From the NCBI GenBank assembly GCA_905331295.1, contig CAJNYD010000033.1, positions 186,001 through 250,000 on the forward strand: 64,000 nt of DNA, given 5' to 3'. This document shows, in pieces, positions 53,404-64,000 of the stretch (its first letter is position 1; every line of letters starts with the position of its first letter). The translations under genes were made by a program, and so were the position numbers. The notes beneath the pieces are model-generated. The model did not search any database. It saw nothing but the letters and a program-made list of their open reading frames with translations, and had not been told where the DNA came from. The DNA is from Rotaria socialis. Lineage: Eukaryota.

Positions 53404-53750
53404 TTTCTTGTATTTTATCTGGAAAACTTTTGAAGATGACGATATGAACACATACGAAATAAAAGAAAAGTACAAAAAATAATAAATGAGTCATTCTCGT
53501 TTTCTGATTCGCTAGCTTTGTGTCCATTGAAACACACGAGTTAATGATAAGAATATATATAGAAACTCTTAAAAAAGCATATAATAAAGGAAAATAAAAA
53601 GTTTCTAATGTTTGGAACACGAATATTCTACGTATGATATATAACCTAGGTGTTTACAAACTCACCATAACAACACAAATGACAATGGTTGTCAGAAAAA
53701 CCTTGTCAATATGATATTTAAATGATTATTCGATTTGTGCTTTATATTCG

Positions 53751-56700
53751 ATGATGACATCTAAAACGGATCGCGCTTCCTTTTCTGGTTCATCTACAGC
53801 TCTACTTGCTATTCCATATTCAGTGACGCCTGGTGAATCGCGTAATTTTGATCTAACTACGTCATCGCATGCTGGTTCAAATGGTCCGAATGCCGACCCA
53901 GCTTATTTATTTAGCCAAGTAGCTTGAATAAAAAATACGATTCTTTTAAGTTAATGAAAATAATTCGCTGTTTCATAGATAAGAAGTACAGAATGGATTC
54001 ATCGTTATGGACTTAAATCCCAAAGATTAACTTTTGATCAAATTCTTCAACAGATTGGATTCAAACGTGTTGAAAGTAAGTATTTTTAATCTACTGACAA
54101 AATTTTAATTGCTTCCGGAAAGCAGATCGAAGTTTAGAATCATTCTTTTAGTGCAAATTTGTGTTCGCCCTTAAGTTCGATATGAAAAACATGAAAGTCA
54201 TAGCAACGATAAGAATGAAAAATATTTTTTCACTATCATTCACCAAGAAGAAGAATAGGTTCTTTTTTGAAAACTTGTTTTGAAGAAAGCGATCTGAAAT
54301 TATGGATGTTTCGTTGTTAGGGGTCGAGGAAAAAAATCTACATGTTAGATTAGCGTCAAGGCGAGAGAAACCTATTAAATGACATGTTATTATTTGAGCT
54401 CATTTACAAATCACATGTTTGGATAACTTCAGATTTAGACTATGCATCAATTCAGCATAAGAGTTTAATCATAAAATGAGATTTTGTCAATATAACTCAA
54501 AACAAGTTTAGCCAACTGCCCAGGGCAAACCATCAAATGTTAAGATCTGATAAGATTTTGCATCTGATCTTATGTGATCGTGTAAAATTGGACAAAGAAT
54601 CGTACCAAATTCGTTGTCTCTGAAATCTTTCATCAAGTCGTAAGATCAGATTCTTGAAAGATCTTACAGTATCGTAAGATATGAATCCAAAATTATAAAA
54701 AATCTTGCGACATAGTGAGGTCTTTCGCGCGTCATATTGTAAGACTTAATGTAAGCTTTCAGAGACGTCGATTTTTTGTACGACCCTATCTGGTTTCGCA
54801 AGATCTTATATATGATTTTTCGACCTGGGATACAAATTAAAATCCGTGGAAATTATTTTTATTGTTTGATTTTTAACGAAAGAAAAAGCAGCATATTGTA
54901 TCTCCCTTACACTTCAATGATTATTCGAGTAAATTCATCAGAACGACTAACAAGTTTAGAACAGTTTTGTCAAGATAGAGATGCTTGTCCATGGATGGAG
55001 CCGTTTTTTGAAACCTTCATTTTTCATAGACTTCGTTTAAACTTTTAACCCTTATGTGGGCATCGCTTAAAAACGATGATCTGTTCTCTGAAGACGTAGA
55101 AAACATTAAAGACATAGTTTGAAACGCAACATTGATATTTTACTTTAATCTCTATAGGAAGTTGTATTACTGTAAAATTTCAAGCATAATAGTTCTCTCA
55201 TTGTTATATTGTAGGTTTCGATCCAGTCAGTGGTAAAACAGTGACAGCTAAATATGCTGGTAATCTTTATCATGAAGTGCAGCACGACAACGGTGATCGA
55301 TATGTGGTATGATAGAACAATAAGCTGATTGTTTTTGTCTTCGTTATTATAGTTGATTTAAATTTCTAGTTGACATGTCGACCTGAGAAATTACGTGAAT
55401 TTCATCATCGTTTAACACGAATGTTAAGTTTATTACGGAAACGTGTATTATTCATAACCAATGGATCACGTCGTCTATTTGGAGTAATCAGTGAGCCAAC
55501 TGTGTGTCTTGTATGCGATTGTAAAACGTTAGATCATCGTGTATTCAATCAATTTCAAGTTTCTCTAACGAATTTATTTAAAGAACAAATCAGTAAAATT
55601 AAAAAATTTAACGTCATTTGGTAAAGAAAGATTATAAATGCCATTGATTTATTTATATTGATGAAAATAATTTAGGATTTCAAATGATAATGAACAATTT
55701 CGAGAACAACCTATCGATGTTAATGCAACGAATATTGATCAAGCAGTAAGTTTGAGTGGTTGGAAGAAAATATTCTATGAAAGAAAAGAGCAGTTATTGA
55801 TAATTATATTTCAATTGAAATGGGAAACGTATTCTTGAGAGTAAGAATACAATCGTTTGTTCTCAAATGAGAGACATTCATTCACTTTCGTACATCAGCC
55901 TTTCGAACTTATTTAAAGTTTTATCATCATCACACAATTAGTAAAAATCAACCGAATTATAGAATTTCACTCTGAAATCGTGTACTTTTCTTGAGATATT
56001 GAATATTGCATAACATCGATGTGTTACAAGGCAAGGTAAGAGAGCTAAGTATGTTTCGATAGTTGATATATGAATAGTAGTATATTAATTCAGCCTAAAA
56101 TTGACAGGACATTGTGAAGTTCTCAAGGCCCATCAGTGAGTAAAATTGAAGATTGAAATTCGATGCTTCGCATTTTCACAGGCGCCATTTTAGAGGTACA
56201 AAAGAAAATGTCTATAAGTTTATAATACTTTGGAAAATATACTGCATGGAAATAAGCTTTTTCTAGATTTCAAATGTTTGATTTTGAAGTTCTACTTGAA
56301 ATGTTTGATCATAACAAAAAAATATTATTATTCAAATTTTTGATATAAAATCTTTTCAGATTTCTCAGGATGATTCATTTTTTAAACCTGATCATTAATG
56401 AGTGTGGAAGCCTTATAAAAACAAGTTATATATAGTTTCATAAATTTGAATATATGATTCTAATCGCTTGCATGATCTCACTTTTAATACTCTCAATGAC
56501 TATTTTGCTGATTTGAATTTGTCAATGGCTCTGTCGATTCGATATAATTTCTATCGACTAATTATTGTTGAATATTAGAATATTTTACGCATATTGGAAG
56601 TAATTTCAACAGTAATGTTATAATAATTAAAATAGTTTCTTTTGAATTAGTCATGAGTTTGTGTATAGCTATTGAAAGGTTACTATTGTCACAATATGGT

Positions 56701-59700
56701 ACTTGAAGCTAATGAATTCATAAGAAAAGTGATCAATTATTATGTCTTTCGTTTTCGTGTTAAATATTGATCTTTACAAGTGACTGCTTTTTTATTCGGC
56801 TAACAGATGAATACCACAAATTATCGTATTACAATGTTAAATTTATCTTTAATTTATTTAGATCGATTGGATTTGTGATCGAAAATGTCCACGAAATAAA
56901 ATATCTATAGGCTCTACGTGCGAAGCCGTTCTTAAAGCATTTGATAATAATGTAAATATATTCTTGTATCTTTTATTTTAGTCTATGTATTGAATTAATT
57001 GATTTAGGTTGAAAGTGTTTATTTGATCAGTGAAGGTGATTCATCAGATTTGGCTCGTGAAATGTTACGCGACAATATAGTTAAAACACGTCTGTCATCA
57101 ACTTCTCCAAAGCCTCTTCATGTTGTTTCATTATATTGTCACAATAATGATACACAGTTATTTTTACGTTCACTTGCACAAAGTGCTGAGGGAAGGTTCG
57201 TATAAGATTAATTAAGAATTATTTTATTTCGATATTATATTATTACTTTATTTTAATGTTGAATAGTTATTTTTGTTATAAAATCAAAAATGAAGTAGCA
57301 GATTTAAAACTTCCATCGAATCTAAGTGATCCAACACGAATAAAATTACAAGGTGATAAATTGCAAATGGGTACAAATGTTTTAGCACCGCTGCCTGAGT
57401 ATCCATTGGATATAACATTGATGTATAAAGAAATAGTTGAATGTCAAAATGTTATCGATCGACTAGAAAAAATTCTTGGATTTATTCGTGATGAAAATCA
57501 AAGTTCAGCTAAATCCATTGAAGGTAAAGACAATTGCTGTTGTGCGATATTTTTTACGATTTGTATTTTAATAAATTTCTTTAGCAACGAAATCTATGGA
57601 TGCATTCAATACATCTGGCGATCATAATTTCCAACGTAGTCTGGTTGTTCAATCATCGGCTTTATTTAGTAATCAAGAAAATGATATGTCATCGGCAGAT
57701 TGGCTGAAAATTCATGGAATAGATGCACAAAAACTTGATTTCTTTTCTGTTCTTCAATCTGCAGCATTTCGGCATTGTGATGGAGTCGTTACTCTACTAA
57801 AGCCACCAGAGGATTCTCGTGAAATAGCTGCTAGTGCACCAGCGGTAAGTTCGCATGATTCAAAGAAAGTCGTTTTGTCTTCATGAGTTTGATTGAAGTC
57901 TAGTTCTATTACGACAGCTAGGGCTTCTAACATTTTGAAATGTAAAAAAACTCGCTCTTAGACAATAAAACAATATGCTTTTCTAATGCATCTAGCTAGT
58001 GTATCCTGATTTTATTTTTCAGACGATATAACTTTTACTTTTTGTAAGACTCAACAGAGATGCAGGAAACAACGCTTTATTCGGTCATAAATTTATGAAC
58101 TTTTTCTTTTAGAACTCTCAAGATAAGTTGATTAACGCAATATATTGTGATCAGTTTGCACATGTCACTTGGCCAGATGGAACTATTCGCCATGTTCATG
58201 TTACACCGGAACTATATCGGTAGAATTTTGATTTGTTAACACCTTTGCTTTTTCTAGTTTCTGTTTTTCATCTCCACAGTGATTATGAAAGACGCATAAA
58301 AACTTTACTTGAAAAACTCAAAGCAAGGTAATTCTAGAGATTTCATAATCTCAGTCTATGAAGCGCTATTTTATTGAAATTTTCTGTTTTAAATTCTTAG
58401 ATTAGCATGGCTAAAGAAAGGCAGTCGTGATGTATTCGGCGCTATTTTGGAAAATAATATCTATATTTTAATTGATACATCACAAAGCATGCAACATCAT
58501 TTAAGTTTTGTTAAAGAGAAACTTCGTTTACTTATACAGGTATGTTTTCAAAAATTCAATCGATTTCTGATAGCAATTATATTTAATTATTTCTAGGATC
58601 AATTGCATGCTAAAGAACGTGTTAATCTAGTTGCATTTAATTCTGCAATTACTCCATGGCGTGATCGCTTAACAAAAATCAACGACACAACAACATATTC
58701 TCAACTTCAACCATGGATCGATGGACTTCACGCTGAAGGCTCAACCAATACCTTAGCTGCGCTTCGTTTTGCACTTGCTGATCCAACGACTGAGGCCATT
58801 TATCTTTTGACTGATGGACGACCTGATCAAGTAACATTTTATTATTAAATTAAAAGTACAAAAATATGCATTGTTAATTTTTCAGAACGAACGACATATC
58901 CTTTCACAAGTTCAATATCGTCAAACAATACCAATACATACAATAGCATTTAATTGTAATGATCAAGCAGCAAATCGATTTCTGATTGATTTAGCTAAAC
59001 AGACAGGCGGACGTTTTCATACATTTAGTTATGGATTTGAGGCACAAGCTGCAATTGAAATACCTGAGGTTTTTATTTAATGCGACAAAACAAAACAATT
59101 CGAACTCTTATTCTTGTCCTTCTAGAGTGAAGATGTTGGCGGTGTTAAAAATGAATTAATACGTGGTGAAAAAGAATTAGAACGGATAGCTGGTCTACGT
59201 GATGAATGTTTGGGTAAAGCATGGTCACAAGAGAATTTACGAGGAAAACTTCCAAAATCTAAAAGTCAACGAATCCATAATAATGACAAGCCGATACCAT
59301 CTCAGCGGAGAAGTCAAAGTACACTTGATATTCCAATTCGACCAAATACTGGTAAGTAAATTCATTTTTCGGTTCACAATTGATCTATTGAAATTGGTAA
59401 TGTAAATACAGTAGATTAGAACCAATCAAAGTTAGAAATTAATCTTTTTTTTATTTGAGTATCTGTACAGAATTCTCGTGTAGAATAGCTATTATCCGAT
59501 TCTAGAAAAAGATGTCTTCCAGTAACAGAAATACGACAAAACAGTTTTTATACTGGACCTTTCGTTTGATATAAATTATTGATGCAGTTTATCCATTGAT
59601 TCTAGAAACAATTGTTGGATGAATGTAGATTGAATTTTAGTTTGAATCTAAAACTTTTCAGTTACTTCTCTCTTTAAGTTTCAATGTGCTTTGCATGTAT

Positions 59701-62004
59701 TAATTTTTCCATATTAGACGACAATTAGTGTTCATTCTATGTCGAAGGACGATTCTTCTTGAAAAACAATATGATCTTCATAGATAGATTCACTTAGTTT
59801 CACTTATGAAGTCGCTTTGATGCATCTTGAGAAAGATTTATTTTATCTGAATCGACTTTTAAATGATTGAACATTTCCAATAACGAAAGAGAATAATCTA
59901 AGTGATTTCATTGCTTATCGATGGCAGTTTACAAAATAAAAATACATATACTACTAGACTTCTAAGCTTCTTCTAGCTTAGTTCATGTAATAATTGCATA
60001 TTTTATTACACCATATAGCCTGACAAGTAAGCATTAACAGCATGACGTTAAAAAAAAGCAGAAATACTTTCATCTCATGTATTTCACTTTGAAAATTCTA
60101 CAAGCTCAAACAATGTGCTTCAAAATGACCTGCTGCGATCTATAAAGGACACAACAAGTTTATGCATATCTTTTCCCTAACATGCTGATAATTACCGTTG
60201 AAAAAATCCCTTGATTCTTTCCTCTAGAACATCAGTAAACTTCTGGAAAGTCGGTTTTGGACTTATATATTACTGACAGTTTTACTATAGATACAGTTTG
60301 GGGTTTAGTATGTGTTCTTGAGTTTATCCACCATAAGCTACGAGAGAGATTTATTGCATGGTTATATTCTCACTAGCTAATGAATGCTTAATTAATTAAT
60401 TGAGATTTAATTAGTCAACTGCTCTGTTTTAATTATTTCTTTTACTGAAATTGTCAATAAAGCCAACGTTTAATTGGTGATGGTTATGTCTCCGATCCAC
60501 TGGCTAGTTGCATAGAGTTAACTCGAAAATTGACGCGAGAAACTTGAGAAACAAAACAATAGTTATATAACAATCTTTGTTCATTTGTAGTGTATAATGG
60601 ATGTTGATGCATATCATGTATCATATTTTTGTTGCCCTGGTAATATCTGTTGACTTATTTTTTTCATATTAGGATAAGTATCACACATGGCAGTATTTTG
60701 TCAAGTTTTAAACATAGCTATATTAAATATCACTTATAGGGTTTGTCTTTTCATTTCATTGGCCGTTCAATACAAATATGAGAGTAGATAAATATGTATA
60801 GATATAGAATCATATCGAACAAATGTGACTTTTTCATATTTGACAGAATAAAATTTTTTGTTCCTAGCATTAGTTCTTTTTTATAAGCTGCAATCAAAAC
60901 TTTTGTTTTAATCGTTTTAAATTAATATTATGTATTGAATTCTTTTTTTTATTGCTCACAGTTTGATACCTGCCTTTCAGGCACTTCGATTGGTTAAATG
61001 CCCTGTTTTATAATGCAGAAAGAAAAAATTAAATTCATTTCTTATCTTAGAAGTGTCTAGAAGAATAATGGAGCTTGAAATTTTCTTACTTAACTTCGAA
61101 ACAAAGTGATGTGTTGAAAAGATTTTTTTTTTCTATAGCTTCAATGTCACTTCGAACTACGAAAAAGAAACGTTCGGTAACAAATAAAAATCGTCAACGA
61201 AGATCTAAGTCAGGTACAGACTCAAGAAAAATATAAAAAAATTCCTGATTTACATAAAATTTTATTGTTTAGCAACTAATCTAACAGCGCATAGTGCTGT
61301 TATTAACTATAACAATGATCAATGGCTTTTACCGGAAACAAAAGAATATTTGAAGGTCAACAATGAGACAGAAGAAATAAAGTCTGATACAGAAAATCAA
61401 GATAAAGTAGAAAGTAAATTGAACCAATATTTTGATATGCACATAAGAATTTGTATCATCTATTTTTTTTCTATTCAGTTGAACGACCTAAAAGAAAACC
61501 GATCCGGTAAATTTATCAAAAAAATTTTTTCTTATGTTGAGCTATTTAAATATTTGTTCTTGTATAGAACTCCTTACAACGAAGTGATATCTTATTTAAA
61601 ACGGAAAAGTTTAGTTGTGCAAGGTTTAACAATCTTCGATGTGCTTTATCCAACATCAGTTACAGTCAAAGATCCACATCATATTCAAGTTATAGATCGT
61701 TATGTACTTGCAAAAGTTTGGGATGATGTAAGTTTTTGTAGTTAATCATCGTTCAACTTTCTCTTTTGACTTTTGTCATTTTAGATATTACCATTAACAT
61801 ACGGATCATATGTTGGTAAACTACGTTTAGTCAATCATTACGCTGTAGATTTAGAAAAATATGAAGTTAAATTAAAAGAACTTATTGATAATTATCATAA
61901 GTAAGATATTTAAATCTATAATTAAATTAGTAAAATTATTTGTCTATATGTAGATTTACTACAGATTTTATTTGGAAACATTTAAGTGATGATGATAAAC
62001 GAAA
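53751..62004 (+). CDS. von Willebrand factor A domain protein, VWA3B-like; 3' end lies beyond the last exon visible here
   Basis: Repeated W(I/L)..(Y/H)G(L/I)..Q.L.F module, GSRRLFGVISE / GSRDVFGAILE, IYILIDTSQSM (MIDAS DxSxS), GSTNTLAAL, AIYLLTDGRPDQ, PIHTIAFNC, LAKQTGGRFH; the last exon seen ends on a GTAAG donor near 62004. Confidence 0.75.
54519..54829. mobile_element. Degenerate MITE-like element in a VWA3B intron
   Basis: Ends CCCAGG... / ...CGACCTGGG with many internal TAAGATC/GATCTTA motifs; the right end matches the nested element at 31016-31257. No clear TSD. Confidence 0.5.
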
Positions 62005-62120
62005 GTAAGTAATCTATTACGTAAGAGGGAAAAGAGAAAAGTTTCTAAACATTTAAAATCGTGATTTTCTCGCTTACACTCCTTAGTAACCTAGGACAAA
62101 TGTTAACAATTGTTGGATAC

Positions 62121-62134
62121 GTTTCCATAGTAAC
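62121..62134. promoter_or_regulatory. Candidate RFX X-box in a VWA3B-like intron
   Basis: GTTTCCATAGTAAC matches the X-box consensus GTHNYYATRRNAAC; a half-site (CTTAGTAAC) and forkhead-like motifs lie nearby. Confidence 0.4.
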
Positions 62135-62709
62135 CTATGTCAACAAACAATAGACTTATTTCTTCAAGTATTAACAACAAGATTAAGATATTTTGATTAT
62201 TTCTTTGAATCATCATTGTCGAAAATTTTTTTTTACTTGTATATTAACTTATAATATAGTCGTGCACTATTGAAGTTATTAATTGAGCAAGAAGCCAGCG
62301 TTAGTATTTTGAAGTTTATCAACATATTTAACAGTGTGCTTAAAAACGCTACAGATATAATGGACGTATATAATCGACTTCTTTATTGATTGAGCCAATT
62401 ATGAGAATGCTAATACGGTTAAATTAAGAAAAATATAATACGACCGATTATGTCTCTGATGATCACATATCCTTGAAAAGCTGCATCCTTTTTTTGATTT
62501 CGCTTTCTTTATTGTTACACTCGGAAGTGCTTACAAATAATGCTTTATGCATTCACAGCTATTAGATTGCACAACCATGCGCGATATAAACATACAAGAA
62601 ACATCATTAAATTATAATAAACCACGTTTTGTAGATAAAATGTAAAAACATAGGAAAAAAATGAAAAATGGAAAAGAAGGACAACGAAAGAAGAGAAAAG
62701 CTAGTAATA

Positions 62710-62893
62710 CCCAGTGAAAAATATTTCGAAAAAAAAACGGAATAGAATGGTTTCATGCGGATATGGAAACCTATCTCCTACGTAGAGAATGCGCTCCTTG
62801 TTTGAGCGAATGCGTTCAGAGTCAGATAGAAATATTCTCAATCTGAAGGGACGCATTCTTTACCGTTCTTTTTTAGTAATATTTTTCACTGGG
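62710..62893. mobile_element. 184-bp MITE
   Basis: Perfect 16-bp TIRs CCCAGTGAAAAATATT / AATATTTTTCACTGGG, with further imperfect symmetry inside; TAATA (or TA) flanks both sides. Confidence 0.85.
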
Positions 62894-63059
62894 TAATACG
62901 AAAAGGAAAAAGAAAAAGAGAAAAAAGGAGGAACACCGATTTAAAGAATGATGTGAGTAACATATCAATTAATCACATGGCAGAACTTCCACACACATAA
63001 AAATTCAAGCCATTAAAGAAGCAGTGATTGATGTCTTTCACGCATAAGTCTAACTCGTT

Positions 63060-64000
63060 TCATTCGAAAAAAGTGTCCCATATGATCATTTTTATTTTTA
63101 TGAAATGTATTCCAATTTGGAATACATCGTTGTAAAAGGGTGAAAGACCTATATCTGATTTTTCAATTTGTTCTAATCGTTTCTTTATATATCTTTTTAC
63201 ACATTCTTCTAATGACTCTCCATTTGTTATTTGAAGAAGATCTGTTGCTCGAGCAAAGGGACAGGAAAGGGTAGAAAGGAAATATCCAGGCAAAATATGG
63301 AAAAGTGAAAGCAAAGAAACATCTTCGTAAAACATCGGTTGAGAGAGTTTTACTACTTTTCATCCATCTTAATTTACTAAACGTTCTTTGAATGTTTTAA
63401 AGTGTTTTGTCTATCGTTGGTTTCAAAGACATCTTATTTGTTCAAGTAAAACCAAGATATTTACATTCTTTAACTATTTCTACTTTTTTACCTTCCATAC
63501 AGATATAAACTACTGAATTTTGTACTTGAGAGTGAAAAACCTGCACTACGAATTTTGAGAAATTAACTGGTTGTTTCCATTCTTGGAGCAATACGCTATT
63601 TTATTACATATTTTTGTTCTTTCTTCTTCTAAAAACTTAATCATCGGCTTAACTCCTCGACATGTAGGTGGGGATATTAGTACGTTGAGATCATCAGCAA
63701 AAATATGACTTGAAAAGGCACTTAAACATGTAACAAGATCACTATGGTAGACAATGAAAAGATAGGGACTTAAACTACTGCCTTGTGGCAAACCAATGCG
63801 AGTTTTAAGTATTTTCGATTTATTCTCTCCAAATATAACATGCACTCGGCGATCATTCAACCACAAAATAATTAATCTCAATAGTCCTAAGGGTATACTC
63901 ATTATAATGAGTTTAACAGCAAGACCTTTATGCCATACTTGACTGTATGCCTTTTGATAGTCAACATAGACTGCTAGTGTTGGAATATTTGGAGTCATAT
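63060..64000 (-). mobile_element. Decayed non-LTR retrotransposon (LINE) reverse-transcriptase fragment, continues beyond the window
   Basis: VYVDYQKAYSQVWH, GLPQGSSLSPYLF, HIFADD, then a frameshift and KYLGFT* (premature stop near 63445); antisense to the host gene. Confidence 0.88.

Overview
AT-rich, gene-dense animal genomic DNA with many very short (~50-70 nt) GT-AG introns. Intron size, MITE content and bacterial/fungal-like enzyme genes suggest a bdelloid rotifer (inference; the organism cannot be proven from the window). Genes in order: two tandem FAD-dependent D-lactate dehydrogenases, an FHOD formin, DENND11/LCHN, a bacterial-type sugar-phosphate isomerase/epimerase, a ~1,840-aa SAM domain + very-large-inducible GTPase (VLIG/GVIN-like), cysteinyl-tRNA synthetase, a FUT10/11-like fucosyltransferase, a small Cys-rich/PGYQ-rich protein, a FoxQ2-like factor, an aldo-keto reductase, an intronless EgtB-EgtD fusion, a SOCS-box protein, mitochondrial acyl carrier protein, a VWA3B-like gene (runs off the window) and a decayed LINE reverse transcriptase. 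Five hAT-type non-autonomous elements with 8-bp TSDs and other MITEs are present. The top leads are (1) an intact single-ORF sulfoxide synthase + histidine-methyltransferase fusion, suggesting ergothioneine biosynthesis in an animal, with domain order reversed relative to fungal Egt1; (2) a SAM domain spliced onto a giant VLIG GTPase with an altered Walker A; and (3) a gene-conversion tract between the tandem D-LDH paralogues. All exon models are hand-derived and boundaries may be off by a few bases.
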